From: Candidatus Azambacteria bacterium
Lineage (GTDB): Bacteria; Patescibacteriota; Minisyncoccia; UBA10092
Reading direction: 5' to 3'
NCBI GenBank assembly: GCA_016213445.1
Contig: JACRAJ010000002.1
Location: 36,780 to 100,779 of the forward strand
Length of the DNA stretch: 64,000 bases
Part shown: positions 1-9,990 of the stretch, one piece after another
Layout of the letters: each line of letters opens with the position of its first letter
Numbering within the stretch: the stretch's first letter is position 1
Translations under genes and position numbers: made by a program
The notes under the pieces: generated by a model
Seen by the model: only the letters and a program-made list of their open reading frames with translations
The model's database searches: none
What the model was told of the DNA's origin: nothing

Positions 1-961
1 CGCCGATAGTCGCCGATATATTGGCGGGATTGAAAATATCGTTTGCGGCAACGTAAACAAAGCGAGCGCAAACTTTAAAGGCCAATTTTGACATTTTATT
101 GTCGATGGCCTCGACAATTAATTTGTCGCCCGGAGAAAGGCTTTGAGCCGCCGCTTTTTCTTCCTTTTTGGCCGCGCCCCACTCGGGATAAACCGCTATC
201 GCTTTAAGCAAATTAACAGTAAATTCGCCGAGACCTTCCAAAAAATTTCCAAGCCAGCCTTTTTTTGCTTCGGTTTTTTTTCCGATTAACTTATTAACCG
301 CCGCGATTCCTTCTTCTTTCCAATCTTTTTCGCCGGTGGGTTTTATCACATATTGAATAAAAATATTTTCATTCGGTCTTAATTTTGAAAGAATTTCAAG
401 AAAAGAAGCAACCGGATCTATCCGCCGTTCTGGTTCCTTTTCTTCAAAAAACTGATAAGTTCTAATCGGATAATGATTGGCTTTATCCAATACAAATTCC
501 ACGCCTCCGATATTGTAATTTTTGCCGGGAATTTCTTTTGACAAATTTCCGGTATAATCCAAAACTTCCGAAATTTCGGCATCGGGATACTGGGCGTGAA
601 TTTGTGCTTCTATGAGATTTCTGAATTCTTCCGGCGTCCTGATGAAAAAATAGACCCCGCCGCCGATTCCGGCAATTTCAAGACTGAACCATTTTTGAAC
701 TTTGCCGTATAAATATTTGTCCAAAAATTTGACGCTGGTCAAAACGCCATGCAGTCCGGCAAAAATTTGTTCCATCGCCTTCGGAGTTTTTTCTATGCCT
801 CTAGGAATTTTAACTTCCAAAAGAAGCCAATTTATCTTTTTTATGGCTTTAACTTGAAGATATTTCACCCAAAGTTCGACAAGGAGCGCAAACAAAAAAA
901 TGGGCAACCAAAGCCACCATAGGCTCAAAAATACCTTAAATATTGTATAAAAGACCGCCAT
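1..961 (-). CDS. Conserved CPR membrane-anchored hypothetical protein (3'-truncated by window edge)
   Basis: ATG at 961, translated by hand over the first ~120 codons (MAVFYTIFKVFLSLWWLWLPIFLF...LLEVKIPRGIEKTPKAMEQIFAGLHG...WFSLEIAG...IEAQIHAQYPDAEI); appears to run off the window. Resembles a recurrent Patescibacteria family. Confidence 0.7.
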   Translation of the reverse strand, partial: MAVFYTIFKVFLSLWWLWLPIFLFALLVELWVKYLQVKAIKKINWLLLEVKIPRGIEKTPKAMEQIFAGLHGVLTSVKFLDKYLYGKVQKWFSLEIAGIGGGVYFFIRTPEEFRNLIEAQIHAQYPDAEISEVLDYTGNLSKEIPGKNYNIGGVEFVLDKANHYPIRTYQFFEEKEPERRIDPVASFLEILSKLRPNENIFIQYVIKPTGEKDWKEEGIAAVNKLIGKKTEAKKGWLGNFLEGLGEFTVNLLKAIAVYPEWGAAKKEEKAAAQSLSPGDKLIVEAIDNKMSKLAFKVCARFVYVAANDIFNPANISATIG

Positions 962-1993
962 TTAAAGCAGAGTAAAATGTTCGTTTCCTATTTTTTTAAA
1001 AACTTTCTTGTTTTGAAGATTGAGAAGAATCGTATTTTCTTTAACCAAGCGCTTGGTCTGCACCATTTTGATTATTTCATCTTTATGGATTCCTTGTCTG
1101 GCGTTTTTCAAAGCGGTAACCAAAATGTCGCGCACGGTTCCCGGCTCGTATCCCCAATCGGCTAAAGCATACATTCCCCGGCCCACCAAAACAAAACGCG
1201 GGTCTTTTATCAATTCGTTATGCACGGTTTGATGGTGGGCTTTTCGATTGTCAAAAGTCGCGCGATTGATAAGTTCGGCCACTTGCGTAAAATGGAGCGG
1301 CTGTTTTTCTTTTTTAAAAATGATGTACGCTTTGTCTTTTACGCCTCGGGGAGATATTTCCGGCGAATTATTGAAACCCCACTCGCCAAAAGGATTTTGG
1401 CTGATGTCGCGGCAAAGCTCTATGCAGGAAAATAGCGATTTTTCGTCGGCATTGCTTAACGAAGTTGTGATTTTCAAAATCGTTTCTTTCGGCGTCGGCA
1501 AATTTTGTTCGCTAAGTTTTTTTCTTAAAGCTTCAATTAAAGAAACGGCATTGCCGTACGAATCGCCGGCCAAAGCCCAAGCGGCGCGCCGCTGTGGAGT
1601 TTCTTTGAAATATGAAAATTTTCCTTCTCCCAGAGCCAAAACAAAACCGACTAAATTTTCGTTGTTTTTCTCTCTTAGAGAAAAAATGTCCGAAAGTTCT
1701 TTTAAGAAAAAATCTTCTCTTCTAACCCCGCCATAATCAATTAAATGTTTTTTGATAGTTTCAAACGCGCCTTGAAGCGATTCCAAAATATTTTTATTGG
1801 CGAGCTGTTTTAAGCCCAAGGCCTCGATTTGCCTCACCCGTTCTCTGGTAACGCCGAGATTCTGGCCGATGGCTTCGAGAGTTTGATTGGAAATGGAGCG
1901 CAAACCAAAGCGTTTCTCAATAACCTGGCGCACTCTCGGATTAAGATTCTTTATTAATTCGTCTATTATTATTTTTAGGTTTTGTTCCGGCAT
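962..1993 (-). CDS. Sigma-70 region 4-like HTH + C-terminal winged-helix (HARE-HTH/RNAP delta-like) protein
   Basis: RFGL...TLEAIGQNLGVTRERVRQIE is a sigma region 4 HTH; PLHFTQVAELIN...TVHNELIKDPRFVLVGRGMYAL is HARE-HTH-like. No sigma region 2. Confidence 0.75.
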   Translation of the reverse strand: MPEQNLKIIIDELIKNLNPRVRQVIEKRFGLRSISNQTLEAIGQNLGVTRERVRQIEALGLKQLANKNILESLQGAFETIKKHLIDYGGVRREDFFLKELSDIFSLREKNNENLVGFVLALGEGKFSYFKETPQRRAAWALAGDSYGNAVSLIEALRKKLSEQNLPTPKETILKITTSLSNADEKSLFSCIELCRDISQNPFGEWGFNNSPEISPRGVKDKAYIIFKKEKQPLHFTQVAELINRATFDNRKAHHQTVHNELIKDPRFVLVGRGMYALADWGYEPGTVRDILVTALKNARQGIHKDEIIKMVQTKRLVKENTILLNLQNKKVFKKIGNEHFTLL

Positions 1994-2066
1994 ATTCTTT
2001 TATGATAATCGCTCTTTATTGAGCTGTTTTATAATATAATATAAATATGCGGCTGTCAACAAATCA

Positions 2067-2969
2067 TCAACTTGATTTCTTGCTTAACATTTTAAACCAA
2101 CTCGCAAGAAGCGGCGAAGCGATGAATATCGACGAGTAAGTTCCGGAAAAAATACCGACCATTAAAGCTAAAATAAAGTATTTAAGGCTTTCCCCGCCAA
2201 ATATATACAAGGCCGATAATGTCAAAAGAACAGTCAGCGAAGTATTGATTGAACGCACCAAAGTTTCATTGACGCTTCGATTGACCAGAGAATCGAAATC
2301 CAAAGAAGCGTAGCGTTTCAAATTTTCGCGAATCCTGTCAAAAACGACAATGGTATCGTGCACCGAAAATCCCAAGATTACAAGCAATGCCACGATAAAA
2401 TCGCCGCCGATTTCAATGCCGTAAAAATGGCCGAGATAGGAAAACAATCCCAATGGAATTATCAAATCATGAAATAATGCTGCGAGCGTCGCCGCGCCGT
2501 ATCGCCATGAACTTAAAGGCCGGGAAACTTTTCTGAAAGCCCAAGCGATATAAAGCGAGATGCCCAAGAGAACAATAATAATAGCCTTAATCGCTTTTTG
2601 TTTCAGTTCATTGCCGATAGTGGGCCCGATTGAAGAAAATCTTTTTTCTTCAATGTTGCCGCCGCTTGAATTCAAACTGTTTATAATCGCCTGATGCGTC
2701 GCCTCGTCTGTTTCTCTAAAACGAAAATCTACGCTGTCATCGCCGACCGGCGAAACTTTCAAGTCGCTTAAATTCAAAGGCTTCAACAGGTCGGTAATTT
2801 TGTTTATTTCGGGCCGATTGCGATTCGGATAAACAATTTCCAATATCGAACCGCCTTTAAAATCAATGCCGAATTGCAAGCCCCATAAAGACAAAGCGGC
2901 GATGCTTGCGACAATAAAAATGCCGGAAATCGCGTAATAAATTTTACTTTTTCCAATGATATTCAACAT
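2067..2969 (-). CDS. secF: Protein translocase subunit SecF
   Basis: GIDFKGG, IGPTIGNEL, GFSVHDTIVVFDRIRE, GTYSSIFIA motifs. Confidence 0.97.
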   Translation of the reverse strand: MLNIIGKSKIYYAISGIFIVASIAALSLWGLQFGIDFKGGSILEIVYPNRNRPEINKITDLLKPLNLSDLKVSPVGDDSVDFRFRETDEATHQAIINSLNSSGGNIEEKRFSSIGPTIGNELKQKAIKAIIIVLLGISLYIAWAFRKVSRPLSSWRYGAATLAALFHDLIIPLGLFSYLGHFYGIEIGGDFIVALLVILGFSVHDTIVVFDRIRENLKRYASLDFDSLVNRSVNETLVRSINTSLTVLLTLSALYIFGGESLKYFILALMVGIFSGTYSSIFIASPLLASWFKMLSKKSS

Positions 2970-2994
2970 CAGTTTAAAAATTAAAGATTAGAAA

Positions 2995-4410
2995 TTAAAC
3001 ATTGCGCGACTTTACTCCCATCAGCCAAGAAAATTTTTCGAGAGCGCCGATTGGAAAAACTTTTAAAAACGAACGGGTAACGAAAATTGCCGAAAACATA
3101 CTCACAATAACGCCGATCCCGAGGGTAAGGGCAAAACCCCTTACAATGCTTGTGGTAAAAAAATACAAAACCGTGGTAGTTATAAGAGTGGAAACGTTTG
3201 AATCGCGAATCGATGTCCAGGCGCGGGCAAAACCGTCATCAATCGCCAAAGCGAGATTTTTCCCCGCTCTGTATTCTTCTTTCATTCGTTCAAAGATAAG
3301 AATATTGGCGTCAACGGCCATGCCGATTGAAAGAATAAAACCGGCGACGCCCGCCAAAGTCAACGTTACGGGTATCAGCTTGAAAATCGCCAAAACCAAA
3401 ACGGCATAAATCAACAAAGCCGCCACGGCCACGATGCCGGGAAAACGATAAAATAAAATCATAAACAGCGCCACCACCAAAAATCCAATAAGGCCGGCTT
3501 TAACGCTTTTATCGAGGGAATCCTGGCCCAAACTGGCGCCAACCGAATCCTGGGAAATTAATCTAATAGGCACAGGCAAAGCGCCGGCATTAAGGCGTTC
3601 GGCCAATTGTTTCGCTTCATTGATGTTGAATTTTCCGGAAATAACGGCCGAACCGCCGCTGATGGGTTCGCGAACGGTAGGCGCCGAAATCGGAAGGCCG
3701 TCCAAGTAAATTCCCAGTTTTTTGCCTACGTTGCGCTTCGTCAAATCTTCAAATATTTTAGCGCCCTCGCTGTCAAATTGAACGCTGACCTGCGGCTGAT
3801 AAGCGCTTTGGTCAAATTCCACTTTCGCGCCTTTTATGTATCTGCCGTTTAAATTAGTGGATTTAAAATACGGATCTTGCGCCAAATAATCTTTATTGCC
3901 GGCTTTTTGTTCATTTAAAATTTTTTGCGTCTCGGCATTATCGCGCTGTTCTTTAAATTCCAAAAATGGCGTTTCGCCGATTAAAGCGATTGCTTGGGGA
4001 ATATTTTTAATTCCGGCCAGTTCCACCATAAGGCGCCAATCCGAACCGGAATGATCAACTCCGACCACGGGTTCGCTAACGCCGAAAAGATTGACCCGGC
4101 GTTCAATCACATCGCGCAAACCCGACATGGCCGAAGCGGCGTCTCCGCCGCTTACTCCCGAAACGTCAGCCGAATAAATCAATCTGGTGCCGCCGGCTAA
4201 ATCAAGTCCGAGTTTAAAAGGCGTTTTAACAAAATTCGGCAGAGCTACCGGCGAAACAACGTTTATTTTGCCGACAGCTTTATCCCAAATTGACGGAAAA
4301 ATAAAAAACGCCGCGATAACGGCGATTACAAAAATCGCCAACACCGTAAAACGCGTCTTTTTTGCGGCATCCAATTTGAATAATTTGTCGGGTGAGTAAT
4401 TTTCAGCCAT
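2995..4410 (-). CDS. secD: Protein translocase subunit SecD
   Basis: LGLDLAGG, RRVNLFGVSEP, LNAGALPVP, GMAVDANILIFER motifs. Confidence 0.97.
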   Translation of the reverse strand: MAENYSPDKLFKLDAAKKTRFTVLAIFVIAVIAAFFIFPSIWDKAVGKINVVSPVALPNFVKTPFKLGLDLAGGTRLIYSADVSGVSGGDAASAMSGLRDVIERRVNLFGVSEPVVGVDHSGSDWRLMVELAGIKNIPQAIALIGETPFLEFKEQRDNAETQKILNEQKAGNKDYLAQDPYFKSTNLNGRYIKGAKVEFDQSAYQPQVSVQFDSEGAKIFEDLTKRNVGKKLGIYLDGLPISAPTVREPISGGSAVISGKFNINEAKQLAERLNAGALPVPIRLISQDSVGASLGQDSLDKSVKAGLIGFLVVALFMILFYRFPGIVAVAALLIYAVLVLAIFKLIPVTLTLAGVAGFILSIGMAVDANILIFERMKEEYRAGKNLALAIDDGFARAWTSIRDSNVSTLITTTVLYFFTTSIVRGFALTLGIGVIVSMFSAIFVTRSFLKVFPIGALEKFSWLMGVKSRNV

Positions 4411-4452
4411 AAAACCAAACGATACCTGTAAATATTGCTTTAGATATTAAAA

Positions 4453-4995
4453 TTATTTCTCTCCCCCTGTCAAATTTTTAACCAATAAAAACCGCAAGGG
4501 TTTTTTAGACCATATCGGCTCCGCATAAGCCACGCCGATTCTCGGCAATTTTTTAACGCTGAATTTCGAACGTTTAAAACCGGGGTTTTCTTCTATCCAT
4601 AGCCCCATTTTCATCGATGCTTTATTGTTGTTGAACTTTTTATCGATTTTTAAAAATTTAGTCAGCCGCGCCGGCCCGTTAATTCCTTTAACGGCTCGGA
4701 TTAAAATTGCGGCCGGATAATTTTTGGGGCCGGTAACGATATTCAGCATCCAGTGCATTCCGTACGTGAAATAAACATACCAAACGCCGGCTTCGCCGAA
4801 CATTGGCGCGTTTCTTTTCGTTATCCCCCGCGAAGCGTGCGACGCTTTGTCTTTAAAGCCGTCATAAACCTCGACTTCGGTAATCATAAGGCGAATTATT
4901 TTCCCGCCGATGCGTCTTACCAAATATTTTCCCAACAGATTTTTTGCCGCAGTCGCCGCCGGTTTTTCAAAAAATTTCTTTTTTAAAATGCCCAT
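4453..4995 (-). CDS. mpg: 3-methyladenine DNA glycosylase (MPG/AAG family)
   Basis: ITEVEVY..DKASH, YVYFTYGMHWMLN, ILIRA, GPARLT, PRIGV. Confidence 0.92.
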   Translation of the reverse strand: MGILKKKFFEKPAATAAKNLLGKYLVRRIGGKIIRLMITEVEVYDGFKDKASHASRGITKRNAPMFGEAGVWYVYFTYGMHWMLNIVTGPKNYPAAILIRAVKGINGPARLTKFLKIDKKFNNNKASMKMGLWIEENPGFKRSKFSVKKLPRIGVAYAEPIWSKKPLRFLLVKNLTGGEK

Positions 4996-5325
4996 TCAAA
5001 TTATTGATCTAATTTCTTCCAAAATTTCTTTCGGAATCGGATTACGCGCCGGGCTTTTTCCCGGATACTTCCAAGCCGTGATTATTTTTATTTGTTTTCT
5101 GCTTTTTATTGATTTATATATAGTCCAAATTTCGGAATAAGTTTTATTGCCCGCAGGTTGCATGGATGCGATCATGTTTGGCACTATCGCCTCTTCGGTT
5201 CGCGCCGGATGCCTGATTATTCTTTTGATTCTCTGCGCCGACAATCCGTAATGCCGCATTTTATACTGCGAATGTTTCGTCCAGATGTATTTTTCTGATT
5301 TGGCGGATTGATTTAAGAGCTTCAT
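4996..5325 (-). CDS. Small hypothetical protein (DUF4258/RelE-like signature)
   Basis: WTKHSQYKM...IKRIIRHP...IITAW pattern; translationally coupled to neighbours. Confidence 0.5.
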   Translation of the reverse strand: MKLLNQSAKSEKYIWTKHSQYKMRHYGLSAQRIKRIIRHPARTEEAIVPNMIASMQPAGNKTYSEIWTIYKSIKSRKQIKIITAWKYPGKSPARNPIPKEILEEIRSII

Positions 5326-6080
5326 TATCTTTCAATTCCGCCGGCCGCTTCGCGGTAGCGGCAAAAATCGCAATCGGCGGACATTTTCGGAATTTCATTT
5401 CCCATCAAGCATTTATGCGCGTCAAAAACGGTTTTTTCAACCCAGCTATCGTCGCCTTTGTATGGCAGCAGTTTGATGTCAAATTCCAATTTTCCGTCAA
5501 AAGCTTCTTTGTCGGCATTGCCGTTGCAGTAAACGAAATAGCCCGTGTCGGAAACTTTAAAATCGTTCTTTCTGAAAAGCCACTGGTAAATTTCCATTTG
5601 CCGCTTATAGCCGCCCTGCCACTCCGCATCCAAATTGATTTCGGAGCTTTTCGACGTTGCCTTGTAGTCGACGATAATAAGATTGCCCTGCGGATCAACC
5701 CAAATGTCGTCTATCGCGCCGGTAATTATCAAATTCGTCGGCTCATGGAAATACTGGATGCCTTCGCTCAAAGCATCGCGCCATTTTTCCATATTTTCAT
5801 GCTTAAACGGAATGGCGTCTATTTTGTAAGCTTTCATAAGCGGATGCGGATTTCCCGCCGCCCGGTGAATGTCGAATTCTTTTTTCAAAAGAGTGTCAAC
5901 GGCTTTGTTTAAGTTGAACGGAAAGCCCGGCGGCTGGCCGATGCCGAGACGCCGGTCGAGATAAAAACATTTCGGGCACGACAAAAAATTGTCGATTTTG
6001 GAACGGCTTAATTTAAACGGCGTTTTCGACACCGGATCAAAAATATTCCTGCTTCTTTTCGGATTGTAAAATTTCGACAT
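5325..6080 (-). CDS. PD-(D/E)XK nuclease (RecB/Cas4-like)
   Basis: LSRSKI..F..CPKC, GAIDD...IVDYKAT, QMEIY, C-terminal CDFC; ATG at 6080 preferred. Confidence 0.85.
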   Translation of the reverse strand: MSKFYNPKRSRNIFDPVSKTPFKLSRSKIDNFLSCPKCFYLDRRLGIGQPPGFPFNLNKAVDTLLKKEFDIHRAAGNPHPLMKAYKIDAIPFKHENMEKWRDALSEGIQYFHEPTNLIITGAIDDIWVDPQGNLIIVDYKATSKSSEINLDAEWQGGYKRQMEIYQWLFRKNDFKVSDTGYFVYCNGNADKEAFDGKLEFDIKLLPYKGDDSWVEKTVFDAHKCLMGNEIPKMSADCDFCRYREAAGGIER

Positions 6081-6118
6081 GGTTTGTATTCTAACACGCA
6101 ATCATTCAAACGCGCGAA

Positions 6119-6475
6119 TTATCGTTTAACGCGCGCGGCGAGGGCGAAATGGAAAAAATATCCGTCTAAATCTTTCAGCGACGTTTTATATTCTTTCCCG
6201 CCCGAAATGGCGCCGCATAATAATTCCCGAACTCTGGCAATTTCTTTCAACCGATTTTTCCAGCGCGAATCGTTGATTGTCAAATCCAAAAGCTCCAACG
6301 CTCTATCAATAGCATTGTTATACGATTCTTGGTTTTTATCGCGCCAATTAAGAGCGCGGCTTACTTCACTACCGATATTTCCCATTTGTTCCATTAAAGA
6401 AAGTTGTTGCCATTTTCCCGCCGCCAATTCTTTGTGTATATAATTTTTTGATTTTTCGACAATTTTTATTTCCAT
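6119..6475 (-). CDS. Conserved helical hypothetical protein
   Basis: W..LSL.EQMGNIGSEVSRA...RALELLDLT..D.RW..RLKEI.R.RE pattern. Confidence 0.7.
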   Translation of the reverse strand: MEIKIVEKSKNYIHKELAAGKWQQLSLMEQMGNIGSEVSRALNWRDKNQESYNNAIDRALELLDLTINDSRWKNRLKEIARVRELLCGAISGGKEYKTSLKDLDGYFFHFALAARVKR

Positions 6476-6519
6476 AATATATTATTATAACATTTTTACT
6501 TCCCACAGCACTTCTTATT

Positions 6520-6577
6520 AATTCCTAGCGAGCCCACAGGCGAGAGTTTACTTTCATCTGGGACGAGCGACGGAATT
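6520..6577. repeat. REP-like imperfect hairpin element
   Basis: aattcc...gagc...gagagtttactttc...gagc...ggaatt; related apex and GAGC internal loops at 17206-17269. Confidence 0.55.
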
Positions 6578-9073
6578 TCAAGCGCCACAGCAGCGCTTAT
6601 ATTTTTTGCCGGAGCCGCAGGGGCAGGGATCATTTCTACCGGCAACATGTTGATTTGAAACATGAGACATTGAATCCGTCACTGTCGCTTGTCGCTTGTC
6701 GCTAATTGCTGATTGCGCCGGCGGCTGGATTTTCAAAATCAGCGACGCAATTTGCGCGTCAAAATTGAAAAGCAAATCCTTAAACAATCTTTTGCTTTCA
6801 TTTTTATACTCCACCAGCGGATCTCTTTGGCCGTACGCCCGAAGCCGCACGCTGTCGCGCAGGTATTCCATATCCTCCAAATGGTTCATCCATAAATTAT
6901 CAAGAATATTGAGCATCAGCATTTTTTCAACCTGCCGCATCAACTCCGGCCCGATTTCTTTTTCTTTTTTATCGTACAAATCTTCCGCGTTTTCCATGTT
7001 TTGATTTTTCAGCAATTCCAAAACTTCGTCGCGGGAAACGCCCGACAAAATTTCCCGTCTTTTTTTATAAATCAAAGAGCGGTGCTGGTTCATCACGTCG
7101 TCGTATTCCAAAATATGTTTTCTGGCGTCGAAATTAAAGCCTTCGATTTTGGTTTGCGCCGATTCAATGGCTTTGGATACCAATCCGGCTTCTATCGGCT
7201 GGTCTTCGGGAATGTTGAGCGTCGTCATTAAATTTTTAATGCGTTCGCCGCCGAATATTTTGAGCAAGCTGTCTTCTAAAGAGACAAAAAATTGCGACGA
7301 ACCTGGGTCGCCTTGCCGGCCGGCGCGGCCTCTAAGCTGGTCGTCGATTCTTCTGGCTTCGTGGCGTTCGGTGCCGATTACGCACAAACCGCCCAAATCC
7401 GCGACTTGTTTGGCCTCTTCGGGATTTTTCGGATTGCCTCCCAAAATAATATCAACGCCGCGGCCCGCCATATTGGTCGCCACCGTCACCGCCCCCAGCC
7501 TGCCGGCTTGCGCGTGAATCGCCGCTTCCCTTTCATGCTGTTTGGCGTTTAAAACTTCATGTTTAATTCCTTCGCGCGAAAGCATCCGCGACAGCATTTC
7601 GTTGTTTTCAATTGAAATTGTGCCGATCAAAACCGGCTGGCCTTTTGCGTTTCGTTCCTTTACTTCATCAACAACCGCTTTAAATTTCGCTTCTTTCGTT
7701 TTGTAAATTTTGTCGGCCAGATTTTTCCTAATCATCGGTTTGTGCGTCGGCGCGATTACGACGCCGAGATTATAAACTTTATGGAATTCCTCGGCTGAAG
7801 TGGCGGCGGTGCCGGTCATTCCGGCTAATTTGTCGTAAAGCCGGAAAAAATTCTGAAAAGTTATTGTCGCTAATGTTTTTGATTCCTGCTGAACTTTCAC
7901 GCCTTCTTTGGCTTCAATCGCCTGATGCAATCCTTCGGAATACCGCCTGCCCTGCAAAAGCCGGCCGGTAAATTCGTCAACGATGATTATTTCGCCATTC
8001 CTGACGACATAGTCTTTATCCTTATGAAAAAGAGCCTCGGCCCTCAGCGCCTGTTCCAAATGATGGACATATCTGATGCTTCTTTCTTCATAAATATTTT
8101 CCATTCCCAAGATTTTTTCCACTTTGTTTAAACCGGCATCGGTGATAATTGCCGTCCTCATTTTTAAATCGACATTATAATCCTCGTTTTCTTTAAGCTG
8201 TGGAACGATTTTGGAGAAAGTTTCGTAAAGTTTCGGCGACTGCGCATCCGGCATAGAAATAATGAGCGGAGTTCGCGCTTCATCGATTAAAATGCTGTCG
8301 ACTTCATCGACAATGGCGAAAGCGCGGCCGGGACTGATTATTTGCGACAAGTCGCCCACTAAATTATCTCTCAAATAATCAAACCCGAATTCGGTGTTGG
8401 TGCCGTAAACTATGTCGCAATTGTAAGCGTCTTTTTTCGACGCCGGCCGCAAAAATTCATGTACCACCCGAAAACTTCCTTGATTGTCTCTTAATTCATC
8501 AAGTTTTTGTTCATTATTTTTGAGATTTGAGATTTGAGATTTGAGATTTGATCCGTGCAGCGGATCATAGATATAACTGCCATCAGAATTTATACATCCC
8601 ACCGTAAGTCCGAGAAAATCATAAATTTGTCCCATCCAAACCGCGTCGCGTCGCGCCAGATAATCGTTGACGGTAATGATATGGACGGAAGCTTTATTGT
8701 CGCCGGCCGAATGCGGGATAGCATTTAAATATGCGGGCAAAGTGGCTGTTAAAGTTTTGCCTTCGCCCGTCGCCATCTGGGCGATTTTTCCTTGGTGAAG
8801 CGCAATCGCGCCCAAAATTTGCTCGTCAAAGTGGCGCTGGTTCAGCGTTCTTTTTGCCGCTTCCCGCGCGATCGCAAACGTTTCGGGCAAAATCTCATCA
8901 AGCGAAGCGCCTTTTAGAAAACGATTTTTAAATTCTTCGGTTTTATTTTTTAAATCACTGTCCGAAAGCTTTAAAAATTGGCCATCAAAAGAATTAACCT
9001 CCTTTAACAGAGGCTTGATTTTATTTAAATATCGTTCATTCGCGTCGCCGAAAATTTTGGATAAAATACTCAT
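6578..9073 (-). CDS. secA: Preprotein translocase ATPase SecA
   Basis: MATGEGKT, DEVDSILIDEARTPLIIS, ATNMAGRG, QLRGRAGRQGDPG, SEC-C motif GRNDPCPCGSGKKYKRCC. Confidence 0.99.
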   Translation of the reverse strand: MSILSKIFGDANERYLNKIKPLLKEVNSFDGQFLKLSDSDLKNKTEEFKNRFLKGASLDEILPETFAIAREAAKRTLNQRHFDEQILGAIALHQGKIAQMATGEGKTLTATLPAYLNAIPHSAGDNKASVHIITVNDYLARRDAVWMGQIYDFLGLTVGCINSDGSYIYDPLHGSNLKSQISNLKNNEQKLDELRDNQGSFRVVHEFLRPASKKDAYNCDIVYGTNTEFGFDYLRDNLVGDLSQIISPGRAFAIVDEVDSILIDEARTPLIISMPDAQSPKLYETFSKIVPQLKENEDYNVDLKMRTAIITDAGLNKVEKILGMENIYEERSIRYVHHLEQALRAEALFHKDKDYVVRNGEIIIVDEFTGRLLQGRRYSEGLHQAIEAKEGVKVQQESKTLATITFQNFFRLYDKLAGMTGTAATSAEEFHKVYNLGVVIAPTHKPMIRKNLADKIYKTKEAKFKAVVDEVKERNAKGQPVLIGTISIENNEMLSRMLSREGIKHEVLNAKQHEREAAIHAQAGRLGAVTVATNMAGRGVDIILGGNPKNPEEAKQVADLGGLCVIGTERHEARRIDDQLRGRAGRQGDPGSSQFFVSLEDSLLKIFGGERIKNLMTTLNIPEDQPIEAGLVSKAIESAQTKIEGFNFDARKHILEYDDVMNQHRSLIYKKRREILSGVSRDEVLELLKNQNMENAEDLYDKKEKEIGPELMRQVEKMLMLNILDNLWMNHLEDMEYLRDSVRLRAYGQRDPLVEYKNESKRLFKDLLFNFDAQIASLILKIQPPAQSAISDKRQATVTDSMSHVSNQHVAGRNDPCPCGSGKKYKRCCGA

Positions 9074-9116
9074 CTTGGTTAGAAAATTATATAACAAAAC
9101 GTCTTTTTAGGCAACA

Positions 9117-9143
9117 AAAAAGCCGCGGAAACGCGGCTTTTTT
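9117..9143. terminator. Bidirectional intrinsic terminator
   Basis: aaaa-agccgcg-gaaa-cgcggct-ttttt. Confidence 0.7.
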
Positions 9144-9154
9144 TATATTTGGCT

Positions 9155-9556
9155 TTAATATTTCAATTTTACTCCGAGCTTATCGGCAATTTCTTGAAGC
9201 CATTTTTCATGGCGATCAACTTTGTGGGACAACATAACCATCTCCTGAAAATACGTATCAGCTTTTTGAGCGTAAGCGTCAACGGCCGTGAGAAGATTAT
9301 TAAAGTCAGACTTATCGGCTTTATTTTCTTTAAGATATTCAAGCTGTGAATCTATACTGGAAAATCTGTCATCTATTTTAGAAAACTGGTCATCTATTTT
9401 AGAAAACTGGTCATCTATTTTAGAAAACTGGTCATCTATTTTAGAAAACTGGTCATCTATTTTAGAAAACTGGTCATCTATTTTAGAAAACTGGTCATCT
9501 ACCTTGGAAAATTTATCATCCAAATATTGAATTAACTCTGAAAAATCATTATTCAT
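9155..9556 (-). CDS. Coiled-coil protein with IDDQFSK heptad repeats
   Basis: ORF track; heptad repeat; C-terminal RHEKWLQEIADKLGVKL. Confidence 0.75.
   Translation of the reverse strand: MNNDFSELIQYLDDKFSKVDDQFSKIDDQFSKIDDQFSKIDDQFSKIDDQFSKIDDQFSKIDDRFSSIDSQLEYLKENKADKSDFNNLLTAVDAYAQKADTYFQEMVMLSHKVDRHEKWLQEIADKLGVKLKY
9360..9527. repeat. 21-bp tandem repeat (5 perfect + 3 degenerate units)
   Basis: gaaaactggtcatctatttta x5 at 9381-9485, plus flanking variants. Confidence 0.95.
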
Positions 9557-9604
9557 CTTTATATAATAAGTTTGTAAAAAATTAATGTCAAATTTAATTG
9601 ATTT

Positions 9605-9964
9605 TTAATATTTTCCCATAAAAATCCGTCTGAAAAGGCGGGCGCCGCGCCTGTATAGAGAAATATTTTTTTCCTTTTTGGTATTGATTTCTCTTTTGAG
9701 TTCGTCTTTCACGAGATCGATTGCCGCGTGTAAATCCTGCTCTTCAACGTTTGCCCGAATCAATCGCCCCGGCATTGTTAAGTTTACTTCGGCTTTAAAA
9801 ATATCGCCTTTTCTGTGGTGCCTTGTTGTTTTGGCCAGTTCAACATCGGCAAAAATACTTTCATCTTTAGGCAAAAATCTATCCAGGCTGTCTAATTTTT
9901 CTTGAAGATAGTCAAGAATGCCCGGAGTAATTTCAAAATTTTTTGTTTTCAAATCGATTTTCAT
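9605..9964 (-). CDS. hpf: Ribosome hibernation promoting factor (short HPF/RaiA)
   Basis: MKIDLKTKNFEITP.I..Y..EKL, KAEVNL..PG..IRA, DLHAAIDLVKDEL. Confidence 0.9.
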   Translation of the reverse strand: MKIDLKTKNFEITPGILDYLQEKLDSLDRFLPKDESIFADVELAKTTRHHRKGDIFKAEVNLTMPGRLIRANVEEQDLHAAIDLVKDELKREINTKKEKNISLYRRGARLFRRIFMGKY

Positions 9965-9990
9965 AATTCGATTTTAATTTATAAAATTTT

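Noticed and set aside
6520..6577. Integron attC site
   Set aside because: No RYYYAAC/GTTRRRY boxes and no integrase
9360..9527. Possible CRISPR array
   Set aside because: Repeats are contiguous with no spacers and encode in-frame heptads
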